The translations under genes were made by a program, and so were the position numbers. This document shows, one piece after another, positions 16,901 through 25,834 of a stretch of DNA of 30,482 nucleotides (positions are counted from its first letter, which is position 1; each line of letters opens with the position of its first letter). The notes under the pieces are model-generated. The model saw only the letters and a list, made by a program, of their open reading frames with translations. It made no database searches and had not been told where the DNA came from. The stretch is from IMG/VR virus record IMGVR_UViG_3300005512_000221, positions 1-30,482 of that record, one strand, 5' to 3'. Source of the DNA: a virus (lineage: Duplodnaviria; Caudoviricetes).

Positions 16901-18891
16901 CCTCGGGGATTCAGGTTGGCGACCTGGCCACATTTGGCGAACGGTTGACCGAAACCGTGGAGATGATTGTCAAGTCAATTATCCCTCAAGGCGATATGAC
17001 GGCTAAAATATCCGTGGTTGATGCAGCACCTGCTGTTCATACTGCCGACTCGGGAACTATCCCTGCCTTTGACACAAAAATCCAACGACCTCAAGACGTA
17101 GCCAGCGAACTCGGTCCTCCCATTATCTCGGGGGTTTTTTCCGGTGACGCGGCCATGCTCACAAACACCGACGGGACGATGACGGCACGGATCGCTGTGA
17201 GTTTTTCATGGTCGGCATATAGTTTGTATGCCAGTAGAATCAGGGCTGTAACGGTTGCGTATAGAGACACCTCATCAGTTGATAATGTCGAGAGGCGTGT
17301 CACGGTCGAAGGGCTTCCGAACACTGTGTTTTTGCCAGAGGTCGCGGTCGGTCAAGAGTATGATATCCGGGCTTATTCTGTTATCTGGAACAGCAGGCCA
17401 ACCGTTAGAACAGATGAATTGTTGCATACTGTGGTTGGGAAGACGATTACACCGGCAGCCCCAGAGACAGCCGACATAACTCTGAACGCTGGGAAACTCG
17501 TTGTTTTTGCTAGAGTTGACCCGCCAAATGACCCAAGTATTTCCGCCATCGAGATATGGCGGGCCACGTCTGCATCGTTTCCGGGCGGAGCCCCGTACTA
17601 TACACTCCCTGTTGAGCATGGCCATTCGTACAATATCGTCACACTGAGAGACACGAATGTTGTTGCGGGGACAGCATATTACTATTGGTTTGGTTCTGTT
17701 GACGCATATGGCAACCAGTCGGCGTCCCGGGGACAAGCAAGCCCAGCTTTTGCAACGCCGACCCCTGTGAGCATTTCAACAGATGTCACCGCTGAAGACG
17801 GGACAACGCCACTCACAGACCTCACAGTCTTAAACGAAAACCAATCAGCCGACGATATTCAGGCCGGAACCATAACAGGCTCCACCATCCAGACAGCAGC
17901 AAGTGGCAAGCGTTTTGTTGTCTCTACTGCTGACAATCATGCCCACTTTTTTGGTGATGAAGGAGACGGGACTATCGTAGACCTCTGTACGATAGGAATG
18001 GACAATACTCGTGGGGACCTTACTGTACTAGGTCTTGGAGCAAATGATTTTATTCGACACTGTATATCCGCAAGAAACAACTCCAACTTAGCAACTATCA
18101 AGGCCTACAATTACGATGGGAATGCAGTGCGAGCGTATTCCGGTGGAGATAGTGCGATATACGGTTCAATATCCTCCTACGATTACTATACTGGAGGTGT
18201 TGAGGGGTTTAACACATATGGTAACGCTGTTGTAGGCTTCACAGGCATAGGCAAAGGGGTGGCTGGGCTGCAAGGGGGCGGCGCAGTAGGGGGAATCGCA
18301 ATATATGGGTCAGCCACACACGGTACTGGACTTCATATAGACGATGGTGATGCGCAGTTCGATGAGAACATACTCACAGATGGCCTGATACGAAGCACTG
18401 TCAGAAGTGACGATATAACAGTCCATCCTATCATTGAAGGATATGCGTCAAGGGCAACAAGTCCGTACGGAGTTCATAGTGGTGAAATTCTTTTATCAAT
18501 AAAAGGATGGGGGCACGATGACACCGATTATGGAACTAACTGGCACACCGGAATTCAGTTGGCAGCGTCCCAAAACTGGACAGCAACAGCAAAGGGGGCA
18601 CGTCTTGTTTTTCATACCACAGAGAACGATACCACTGGTCGTACAGTTAAATGGGTAATGAATCATGATGGAGCTTTTCTTCCTAACACTGATGGTGCCC
18701 ATGACATAGGGTCAACTGATTATAGAGTTAGAACCATATTTACAGATAACGTAGTTATCACCTACTCTCCGCCAGCATCCTATAACTCCGCAGGAGTAAA
18801 CGGGCAGATAGCATGGGGTGGCGGGTATTTTTATGTCCATAATGGAACACGTTGGGGACGTGTTGCAATGGATTTCACAACAACTTGGTAA
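13924..18891 (+). CDS. Tail tip / host-specificity protein J with N-terminal gpI-like region
   Basis: ~1655 aa; YGPVPVVLG, SSNPA, FDGKFSVVQD, HFTPRNS, TRGDLV.V.HDV, FN3-like segments, variable C-terminal fibre region; ATG 13924 preferred over GTG 13861. Confidence 0.9.
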   Translation: MQNLPDTVKITGCTDILSSKRFAVEIAVGKTIAEILQANHVVLTDCLNAHVWLNGEPVARYLWSSIIPKADDLVVFRIIPAGGDDSNPLNLILTIAVVALSIYAPYAVGIAGTFKGAMFAAGVSMVGMMAVNAIAPPPMPKMDKLSGSEDTAKISPSIAGGNNPYNPYGPVPVVLGTARITPPHGAEPITEVVGNDLYLRQIFLLGHDKIEIGDLRIGDTAIDNFTDVEYNVVYPGETLELFKTDITQESLSILMANDNDEINFLAQAAVDLGGGLVGINSTLHGLVSGDIIEIYGTTNYNGTFEVQPETTASQIVIDNGSFVAETFSATDYCKNYFWEVRTTAADTEVAVVDLVFPQGLVQRNSAGDKLNRTVDFEIQYAPTGTDMVSGSWSVGNDFVSISAQDSNVLVVPDGYWQDNHCDEYQDCGQTFYPQTNTYTIGIDKATGVVYSNVGRTTTFFGHTVIRTPPDQVHVLAEVTLTTGDTTPTITDKRGTNTAFGDPVNDFVVTQTSPPSLAVTVSAGTLKLETFATANSNDTLRLSFPFHFATPGSYDIRVRRVTADSTSDYIQDEFYWNSLKSEKLTVAPIAVDNVTAIEMRIKSTGQLNGVVDAFNCLATNTSITRYNSVDDVWETDVRSSNPADLYRYVLQGSANNKAVADAKVDLDELEDWHIRCLDTRHIINDLGVSVDRTGGVVGIPVTAHGIPSGTHINIINTTNYNGEHIVLDSSTTDEVRITATYIAETFDSSSMPTAASVIVPGLQYNKVIDYQSSVNDILTEIAAAGKAAPGYFDGKFSVVQDKPRTTPIQHFTPRNSFGFSSTKAFYETPHAFRVRFANELEDYRQDERTVYADGYTVANATEFEELELHGTTNPTQVYKLTRYHIATVQLRPEVHSFNTDIEYLVCTRGDLVVVSHDVPNWKNNISSGRIKSVTLSGSNITHITLDEICTFEAATDYCVRVRLNNMTSSYHNVENPGASDVNIVELSTPVDQATSGIQVGDLATFGERLTETVEMIVKSIIPQGDMTAKISVVDAAPAVHTADSGTIPAFDTKIQRPQDVASELGPPIISGVFSGDAAMLTNTDGTMTARIAVSFSWSAYSLYASRIRAVTVAYRDTSSVDNVERRVTVEGLPNTVFLPEVAVGQEYDIRAYSVIWNSRPTVRTDELLHTVVGKTITPAAPETADITLNAGKLVVFARVDPPNDPSISAIEIWRATSASFPGGAPYYTLPVEHGHSYNIVTLRDTNVVAGTAYYYWFGSVDAYGNQSASRGQASPAFATPTPVSISTDVTAEDGTTPLTDLTVLNENQSADDIQAGTITGSTIQTAASGKRFVVSTADNHAHFFGDEGDGTIVDLCTIGMDNTRGDLTVLGLGANDFIRHCISARNNSNLATIKAYNYDGNAVRAYSGGDSAIYGSISSYDYYTGGVEGFNTYGNAVVGFTGIGKGVAGLQGGGAVGGIAIYGSATHGTGLHIDDGDAQFDENILTDGLIRSTVRSDDITVHPIIEGYASRATSPYGVHSGEILLSIKGWGHDDTDYGTNWHTGIQLAASQNWTATAKGARLVFHTTENDTTGRTVKWVMNHDGAFLPNTDGAHDIGSTDYRVRTIFTDNVVITYSPPASYNSAGVNGQIAWGGGYFYVHNGTRWGRVAMDFTTTW

Positions 18892-18906
18892 TAAGAGAAT
18901 AAAATA

Positions 18907-19191
18907 ATGGCAGTTTTATCATTTACAATACCGAATGAATACATCGACGAGGTAGTTGAAGCCTTTGCAGTTAAACATAGGTATCCGGCAATGGTCCCTG
19001 ACACTAATACATCAGGAAAGTTGGTTCCAGATGAAATACCAAACCCACAATCCAAGGCGCAGTTTGCTAAACAGATAATCAGGGATTTCATCAGGAATAC
19101 ATATGTTGCCCATAAGGCAGAAAAAGAGGCTGAGTTGGCTAAAATAACAGCGAGATCTACTGCTGTTACGATAGCGGACGAGTTTAGATAG
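18907..19191 (+). CDS. Hypothetical protein (possible tail-tip accessory)
   Basis: 94 aa, 15 nt after the J stop; IPNPQSKAQFAK followed by a helical tail. Confidence 0.65.
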   Translation: MAVLSFTIPNEYIDEVVEAFAVKHRYPAMVPDTNTSGKLVPDEIPNPQSKAQFAKQIIRDFIRNTYVAHKAEKEAELAKITARSTAVTIADEFR

Positions 19192-19234
19192 TTGATAGCA
19201 GAAAGCTAGATAACACCACAGGGTAAGGAGCATT

Positions 19235-19582
19235 ATGAAAAAGCAACTTTTTATACTTATGACAGCACTGCTTATGGCCACCACCTCATGCGCCCAATGT
19301 TATAAACCTGTGCCATGTGAAATGTGGCCTGACGAACCTCTTTTGTCCGCCCATGTTGATGGGGCTGATGTCCTGCTGGCGGCCATCATGCCGGATGATG
19401 TTTCCAAGTTCGTCGTCTACTGGGGCGACAGGTATTTTGATACTTACGAGCAGCCGCTTCCGGTCGTTGTAGGACACGAGTATATCCGGACAGGCACTGT
19501 ATATAAAATACGAGTTAGAACCTATGATGTTAATGGCAATTCCAGCGGGGCATATATCCTTGATGGTGTCAGCATTGAATAA
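19235..19582 (+). CDS. Signal-peptide protein with PKD/Ig-like domain
   Basis: AAGGAG RBS; MKKQLFILMTALLMATTSCA leader; VYWGD...HEY...G..Y.I.V..YD..GN PKD-like pattern. Confidence 0.7.
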   Translation: MKKQLFILMTALLMATTSCAQCYKPVPCEMWPDEPLLSAHVDGADVLLAAIMPDDVSKFVVYWGDRYFDTYEQPLPVVVGHEYIRTGTVYKIRVRTYDVNGNSSGAYILDGVSIE

Positions 19583-19612
19583 CGCAATTAAACGACTGAT
19601 AACGAGGTAGCA

Positions 19613-21205
19613 ATGGCTAAAATAATATGGAGGTCATCATTAACAGGCGGCGGAGTCGGCGCACTTGATGGCGTTTACATCGGCGACCTTTCCGAGGCAT
19701 TGCCTGTGTGGACTATTGATAATGGTGATGCTGCTATCGTTGTATCTGAGCTTGGCTCCTATACTTATATTTGGGACAGCCTGTCTACAGAAATACATGA
19801 CGGCGTTAATGTTATCCAGCCTGATGCTGTCATCAACCCCGACCTCGTATCAGGGCGCTGGATTATTAAAGGACCGTATATTCCGGCCACAGGTGCCGCC
19901 GATATCGTTAGAGCTTTATATCAAGCGGACAAAGGTTTTACGTTTGTCGTTAGTGGGGATAGTGACGGTAGTGGGAATCCTAGTAGTGCGACTCAAACAA
20001 AAATAGATTGGTACAAAAATGATTGTGAGGTCAACCCCGACTTTATTATCTGGAACGATATCACTGAGGTAGTTAGTTCTCTTTCTATTTCGACATTAAT
20101 TGACACAATCACTCTCACAAATAATAGTTTATTTATTGATGCGATAACAGGCACAGTTACTGTTGATACTCTGACAATGCAAGAAGGCGGCGGCATTTTG
20201 GCTGTTGCGGATATGGTAAGCAACACAACAATTGACCAGATAACAATTGTCTTTGCAGGCGGCACGGTATCTGTTGATTCAATGGCCACAACGGTAACGA
20301 TTGATGGGCCGATAACAATGGCTGAATCAGGAACAGCTTTTGTTATGGCTGACATATCCAGTGCCTCAACGATTGATCCGGTGGTCTTGACACAAGCCAG
20401 TGGTGTGTTGAGCATAGCTGATATGGGTGTCGTTACAACTATAGACGGCAGCCTTAATCTTACCATAACCGGCGGAGTTCTTACTGTTGCTAGTATAGCC
20501 GTAGCAACAACCCTGGAAACCCCGACCATGACCGAAGCGTCAAGTGGAGAGTTTACAATAGCGGATATGGCAAGTAGCACGACCATAGAGGGACCACTCA
20601 CGATGGTTTTCGGTGGTGGTGATTTTGTTATAGCCGACATGGCAAGCAGCACGACCATAGAGGGGGTAACCTTAGTTTTCAAGGGGGGATCTCTCACCAT
20701 AGCTGACATAGCATGTTCCACAACTGTTGAAGGTCCTGTTGCAATAACTGAGCAGGTTCCACAACAGACACTTCAAAACCGTGAAGGATTTGAGGGATAC
20801 ACAGCAGCAATATTTACAGGGACTGCTTCCGGCACATCAGAAAGTGGCTACGCCTTGTCAAAGGTCGGCGGAGATGAATCACGCATTCTTGCCTCCTTGG
20901 CTAATTATGTCGGAACAAGAGGGTTAAAGCTGCTGAGTGATGCAACATATGGTTCTGGGTATTGCGAGGTCCGATTGTCTGGCGTCTCCGAGAGCGCGGG
21001 AACGCTCAAATTTTGGCACTATGGGCAGCCCGGTAATACAATAACCATTAAGAAAAACGGCACTCAGTTTGACACCGTGACCGACATGACCCTCTCATGG
21101 CAACAAGCATCCATCCCTATTACAGCGTTTGCCGCCGCCACTCTGGAGTTTAGACTCTCAGGTGCTGGGTACGTCTACATTGATGAGATTGAGTGGTGGG
21201 CGTGA
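19613..21205 (+). CDS. Putative fibre/scaffold protein with ~10 x 23-24 aa repeats
   Basis: N-terminal tailspike-like DGVNVIQP...GRW motif; repeats like G.L.IADM.SSTTI(D/E)...L (20063-20755); C-terminal beta-sandwich/CBM-like domain. Confidence 0.7.
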   Translation: MAKIIWRSSLTGGGVGALDGVYIGDLSEALPVWTIDNGDAAIVVSELGSYTYIWDSLSTEIHDGVNVIQPDAVINPDLVSGRWIIKGPYIPATGAADIVRALYQADKGFTFVVSGDSDGSGNPSSATQTKIDWYKNDCEVNPDFIIWNDITEVVSSLSISTLIDTITLTNNSLFIDAITGTVTVDTLTMQEGGGILAVADMVSNTTIDQITIVFAGGTVSVDSMATTVTIDGPITMAESGTAFVMADISSASTIDPVVLTQASGVLSIADMGVVTTIDGSLNLTITGGVLTVASIAVATTLETPTMTEASSGEFTIADMASSTTIEGPLTMVFGGGDFVIADMASSTTIEGVTLVFKGGSLTIADIACSTTVEGPVAITEQVPQQTLQNREGFEGYTAAIFTGTASGTSESGYALSKVGGDESRILASLANYVGTRGLKLLSDATYGSGYCEVRLSGVSESAGTLKFWHYGQPGNTITIKKNGTQFDTVTDMTLSWQQASIPITAFAAATLEFRLSGAGYVYIDEIEWWA

Positions 21206-21714
21206 TGATTAGATCGTTGTCTGCCTCATATGACCCGGCAAACGTGATTTCCTTGAGCACATTGTTGCCGTTTGGATGTTATGTCGTTGGTGGGGCCGTT
21301 TTGTCCTGTCTGACTGGTGAGCCAGTAAATGACATAGACATTGTTGTGGTTCAATCTGGCGACGCTCACGGCTTGATCGCCTATCTCTTGTCACTTGGGT
21401 GTGAGGAGGCATTTACTGCACAGTTAGCACGCCACACGAGATCGGTATATGTGAAGGATGACGAAGAATATGACGTACATTTTTGCGAATACAACGAAAT
21501 TGCCGAATATAGCTACGTTGTGCCAGTTACTTTACAGAGTGGGTTCCTGAAAGGAGGCAGAGTTTATTGCCACCACCAAATGGTCACTGATGTTCAGGCG
21601 AAAGAATACCATTTTCTAAGGACCATGCGAACTTTTGCCCTCGGCAGGGCCTACAAAATAGCCAAGAATTATGGATTAAAAGGATACACGCTAGGCAAGG
21701 GGGTTTGGGCTTAA
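21205..21714 (+). CDS. Minimal nucleotidyltransferase (polyA polymerase/CCA head-domain-like)
   Basis: YVVGGAV...L.G...NDIDIVV matches the GG/DxD signature; probable third Asp in EYDVHF; TGATG coupling to the upstream gene. Confidence 0.75.
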   Translation: MIRSLSASYDPANVISLSTLLPFGCYVVGGAVLSCLTGEPVNDIDIVVVQSGDAHGLIAYLLSLGCEEAFTAQLARHTRSVYVKDDEEYDVHFCEYNEIAEYSYVVPVTLQSGFLKGGRVYCHHQMVTDVQAKEYHFLRTMRTFALGRAYKIAKNYGLKGYTLGKGVWA

Positions 21715-23705
21715 TGAGTACACAAACTGATATTATAAAATCACGGATAGTTATCAGGTTCAAATCAAAAGATATCGACCATGATTCTGTTGTTGCAAGA
21801 TGCGGCGGAGAAAGAGTAAGTCGAATAATTCTTCGTGTGCCTTCTTGTTGTGTAAAAGTTTCTGAGGCTGAAGCTGACACAATTCTGGCGGCTTACAATG
21901 CTGACCCCTTAGTAGAGGCGGCGTGGTTTGACCATAAGGTTGAGTTTTTTGCCTATCACCCAGCAACCCTACCGAATGACCCCTACATAGATGAGCAATA
22001 CTATTTAAAAAACAGCGATGTTATTAGGGCTTGGCAGATAACCAAAGGATCAACTGATATCCGCTTGGCTGTTCTTGATTCAGGCATGGATGATGGCACT
22101 GCCAACCTTACCGATCTTGATACCCAGGTTGACGCCAAATTTGATAATATTAATGGGGTCGGGTCAAGCCTGAACGAATATACAAACATAGATACCCACG
22201 GCATAGCATGTCTTGGAGTTGTCGCTGGCTTGCATGGGAATAATTGGGGTGTAGCAGGGGCTGCTCCAGATCTTTATGTGATAAGCGCTACTGGGGTAGA
22301 GTATGTCGCAGGGGTAAATCCGATAACGGCAGAGTATCAAGAGGGGTATGTCTGGAATGCTTTTCTTTGCGCTGCCTCTTTAGATAGTCTCGTTACAGCC
22401 CTAAATGTTAATATTGTGACGATGAGTTGGGGCTGGGGAATTGGGATGTTTCCAGGGGGGGCATCGTATAAATATTGGAAAGATTTGTATGATAGCATAT
22501 GGGATGACGGGGTCCTTCTTGTGGCATCCTGTTCAAACTCTAATATCCAGGTGCCTTGCTGGTGGAAACCTTACAGTAATCCACTTAGCGCGCGTTATAA
22601 GTCTCCCTGGCTTCCAGGGTCAAAAATGTTCAACGAACTCAGGGCGCATGAGCAAACCACGCATTATAAACAAAACGGTATAGTTGAGTTCAACCGGGCA
22701 AAAGCCAATAGAATCAGCGTAATGAATTTCAACGGCGACTTGCAAAATTCATACACATTCCCATTTATGCTTGAGAAGACTCTAACTGTTTCAGGCTTAA
22801 ACCAGAGTAATGAAATTTGTGATTTTGAAAACAGATTCTGGACCGACCCGTATGATTTTAGTTCATGGGATGAATATGGGGGGGAAGCCTATAGCCCAAA
22901 CGGCCTGTTTGGTCCTGCGACACCGTGGGGGGCTGGTGTTGACGTCTTGAGTTGGGCAAAAGACCATTATCTCGTTGCTGATCCAAGTTATGTTGCTAAT
23001 GATCAGGTTAGTCCTGGTATAGTGCATTGGAATGGAAACTCTTTTGCAACACCATTAGTGGCAGCTATATGTGGGCAAGCTTGGTCGTTGAATCCGGCGC
23101 TGACCAATAATGACATAAAACGTATTGCCAAGGAATCATACACTCATCCTTCATGGGCTTATTGGAAAGATTTCTACCCGACTATCGGCGGGCCCATATC
23201 GGCATTAAAGATGTGCTTGAAGGTAAAGGCCACTCTCCCAGCAAACAGCGAGGAGATTTTCACTTACATTAAGTTTCACGGTGACCCGAAAACAGCACCA
23301 AGTGATTTTTGGAGTGAGTGGGACACGAATGAATACAGTGGTAATGTGACTGAAACTATTGCCCCCGGCGGTGCCACATTGACCCTGACCGGGACAGTGC
23401 TTGTCGAGGTAGATGCCTTCAGTGCTATGGATATCAGCAGTATCTATGTGTATGCTGACAGTGACCTGATTTATCGGGGAGGGCCTGGGGTCTTCACTTG
23501 GGACACAACCCCGTATGACAGCAGTGTTGTTATCACTGTAAAAGCCGAGGGGTCAGTTAAGAAAATGGATACCACGCCGAGTATTCAGAGGGGTGGTCAA
23601 TTGGCGACCCTGAAACATCGTGGGGGGTCTGCTACATTAAAGAGGGCATCTGAGCATAGAAACGCCGGCACCCCTGAAACCTATGATGACATTGTGATAG
23701 CATGA
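21714..23705 (+). CDS. S8 (subtilisin-like) serine protease with prodomain and C-terminal Ig-like domain
   Basis: PNDPY..QY.L, AWQITKG, LAVLDSG (Asp), THGIACLGVVAG (His), NGNSFATPLVAA (Ser); FTWDTT in the C-terminal Ig-like part; TAATG coupling. Confidence 0.9.
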   Translation: MSTQTDIIKSRIVIRFKSKDIDHDSVVARCGGERVSRIILRVPSCCVKVSEAEADTILAAYNADPLVEAAWFDHKVEFFAYHPATLPNDPYIDEQYYLKNSDVIRAWQITKGSTDIRLAVLDSGMDDGTANLTDLDTQVDAKFDNINGVGSSLNEYTNIDTHGIACLGVVAGLHGNNWGVAGAAPDLYVISATGVEYVAGVNPITAEYQEGYVWNAFLCAASLDSLVTALNVNIVTMSWGWGIGMFPGGASYKYWKDLYDSIWDDGVLLVASCSNSNIQVPCWWKPYSNPLSARYKSPWLPGSKMFNELRAHEQTTHYKQNGIVEFNRAKANRISVMNFNGDLQNSYTFPFMLEKTLTVSGLNQSNEICDFENRFWTDPYDFSSWDEYGGEAYSPNGLFGPATPWGAGVDVLSWAKDHYLVADPSYVANDQVSPGIVHWNGNSFATPLVAAICGQAWSLNPALTNNDIKRIAKESYTHPSWAYWKDFYPTIGGPISALKMCLKVKATLPANSEEIFTYIKFHGDPKTAPSDFWSEWDTNEYSGNVTETIAPGGATLTLTGTVLVEVDAFSAMDISSIYVYADSDLIYRGGPGVFTWDTTPYDSSVVITVKAEGSVKKMDTTPSIQRGGQLATLKHRGGSATLKRASEHRNAGTPETYDDIVIA

Positions 23706-24115
23706 CCGCCCAGTATATAGAAAAAGCCTGTTCTCTGGCGTTAGATGCTTACGCTGTTGGCGATCTGGCCATTGGTGCTATCGTTCTTAGTGCCGGGGGT
23801 GAAGTTGTTGGGGAAGGTCGTAACCGCATTACCTCAAAAGGCAAGCTGGCCCACGCTGAAATTGAAGCTTTATCAATGGCTGGAGAAAGGGCACACACTA
23901 TTATAACCACTTTGGAGCCATGCCCGATGTGCTATGCAGCGGCGCGACTATGTGGGGTTAAGGTTATTATTTACGGACAAAAAGACTGTTTAAGAAATTT
24001 TGGTGGCGATGTAGAGATGGTGAAGATATCTTTGCCGGTTTTTCTGCCCTTGCCAACATGTATAACAAATGGCACTGAATGCCAAAAAAACAACAAGGAG
24101 CAACACAATGGCTAA
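23702..24115 (+). CDS. Zinc-dependent nucleoside/nucleotide deaminase, TadA-like
   Basis: AHAEIEAL and TTLEPCPMC motifs, IGAIV...GEVVGEGRN; ATGA overlap with the protease stop. Confidence 0.9.
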   Translation: MTAQYIEKACSLALDAYAVGDLAIGAIVLSAGGEVVGEGRNRITSKGKLAHAEIEALSMAGERAHTIITTLEPCPMCYAAARLCGVKVIIYGQKDCLRNFGGDVEMVKISLPVFLPLPTCITNGTECQKNNKEQHNG

Positions 24116-24485
24116 AGAATTACACAATGATGTTTATGACGCGGCATTAGACAAGATAGCAACTTGCACAGCACTGCATTTTTGCTCAACACAACCGGCT
24201 AACCATGCTGGAATTGCAGCGGTTACTCTCGCAAATGCGACACTGACTGCCGGTGATGGTAACGGCGACTATGTTGTGGCTGATGGAGACACATCTGGAA
24301 GAAAGCTCACAGTGGGTGCACAGACAGGCATGACTCCGACTGCTGACGGCACGATTACTTCTGCTGTCTTAACTGACGGGACAACCTTGCTGGCAGCAAC
24401 AACCGTGACAAGCCAGGCGGTTACAACTTCACAGACCTGGGATTCCCCCGCGTTTGATATCGAATTGCTTGATCCTACGGCATAA
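24108..24485 (+). CDS. Small beta-rich virion (fibre subunit-like) protein
   Basis: AAGGAG RBS then ATG 24108; 125 aa Thr/Ala/Gly-rich; DVYDAAL, CSTQP, ADGDTSGRKLTV, PAFDIE..DP, a pattern I recognise from phage structural regions. Confidence 0.75.
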   Translation: MAKELHNDVYDAALDKIATCTALHFCSTQPANHAGIAAVTLANATLTAGDGNGDYVVADGDTSGRKLTVGAQTGMTPTADGTITSAVLTDGTTLLAATTVTSQAVTTSQTWDSPAFDIELLDPTA

Positions 24486-24491
24486 TAACTG

Positions 24492-25823
24492 ATGTATAAA
24501 TTCTTCGACAGTGACGGCTATACGTGGGACGATTTCTATGACCCGCTTGTAGAGTACGGTTTCTATTATGGTGAAGGAGACTCGCTTGTAATAGATAGTG
24601 TTTCTTCTTCAACTACGATAGATTCTATTGTTTTACAGCTTGCGCCGGGCTATGCAACAGGCGCTCTTTCACAGCCCTCGCAACAAGCATCCGGGGTTTC
24701 CTTGCGTGAGGTAGTTGGGGGAGCAGTTGTAACCCAGGACGCTTCATCCGCTGTGGCGGCAGGGATCATTACTCGTGATTTAACTGGGTTTGCCACCCAA
24801 GATGGCCAGTCGGGGTCCGGCCTTGTCACTATCACGAGAAAATCCGCTGGCTTTGCAACCCAGGCTTTTCAGGCGGCATCTGCGGCAGGCGTTGTCAGCC
24901 GAGAGGCCCATGGGGCCGTTGGCCAGCCGCTTCAGGGTGGGATTGCTCTCGGCGAGCGAGAAGTAACGGCCGCAGGCTATGCGGGAGTCATGGAGTACCT
25001 GACTGTCGAAGGTGAGGTGGTCACGGTTGAAGGGGAGCCGGTAACTGTTGGTCCAGCCATTCAGTCAGCATCTGGTACAGGTATTCTCTCCATTTCGGTG
25101 GTAGGCGATGGCGGCCAGGTCCTGCAAACTGCGAGTGCTGCTGGTTTGCGAGAGGCCGTCTATGCGGTGGTGGTGTCTCAATCCATTCAAGCTGCCAGTG
25201 CCGCCGGGGTGGTTGCTAAAAATGCGATCGGCAGTGCAACACAGGCAGTGCAGGTGGCGACAGGCTTTGAGGGCTTTGTTTCCGTCGGCGTTATTTCTCA
25301 AGCGCCGCAGGTTGCAACGGGCACCGTCGAACGTGAAATAACAGGCGCAAGTGCAGCGGGGCAACCTGTTCAATCTCTTGCTGTAACGACAGCTTTGATC
25401 AGGAAAAGTTTAGGGGCGGCCACTCAAGCCTTACCTGTCCTGTCTGGCGAGGCAGAAAAGAGCACAGCACCGAAAACAGCAACTGGCGCTGTTGCCCAAG
25501 CATGGCAGACAATCGCGGGCCTTGGCAAAATAGGCAGGAACATATCCTGTGCCGTTGCTCAACACCTGCAGGTAGTTGCCGGGGAATGCTCTGTTGATAA
25601 TAATCTGGCAGAAAGTCTTGGTGCTGCCGCCCAGGCCATGCAGGTTGCAGAGGGTATTGGATTTATAAACCATACAGCAACGGCAGCGGCAGTGCAGGAA
25701 GTGCAGACGGCGATTGGCCGCTATGCCAGCATAGTTGGGCGGCTGAAGGCCGAGGTGTCAGTATTGTCATTAGGGATAGGGGTGGCTGTTTTAGCCCCTG
25801 GAGTTGAAGTCACAGAAATATAA
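24492..25823 (+). CDS. Putative fibre/scaffold protein with ~16 x ~21 aa QxxQ repeats
   Basis: Repeats like G.ATQA.Q.ASG.G....; one N-terminal copy of the repeat type found in 19613-21205. Confidence 0.7.
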   Translation: MYKFFDSDGYTWDDFYDPLVEYGFYYGEGDSLVIDSVSSSTTIDSIVLQLAPGYATGALSQPSQQASGVSLREVVGGAVVTQDASSAVAAGIITRDLTGFATQDGQSGSGLVTITRKSAGFATQAFQAASAAGVVSREAHGAVGQPLQGGIALGEREVTAAGYAGVMEYLTVEGEVVTVEGEPVTVGPAIQSASGTGILSISVVGDGGQVLQTASAAGLREAVYAVVVSQSIQAASAAGVVAKNAIGSATQAVQVATGFEGFVSVGVISQAPQVATGTVEREITGASAAGQPVQSLAVTTALIRKSLGAATQALPVLSGEAEKSTAPKTATGAVAQAWQTIAGLGKIGRNISCAVAQHLQVVAGECSVDNNLAESLGAAAQAMQVAEGIGFINHTATAAAVQEVQTAIGRYASIVGRLKAEVSVLSLGIGVAVLAPGVEVTEI

Positions 25824-25834
25824 GGAGATTTGTC

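Noticed and set aside
8313-18891. Contractile tail, tailocin or gene transfer agent
   Set aside because: No sheath or baseplate wedge genes; full head genes with lambda-type terminase/portal and M-L-K-I/J-like order indicate a siphovirus.
23702-24115. Assigning the symbol tadA
   Set aside because: The zinc motifs fit the whole deaminase family; the protein is shorter with a divergent C terminus, so the substrate cannot be called.
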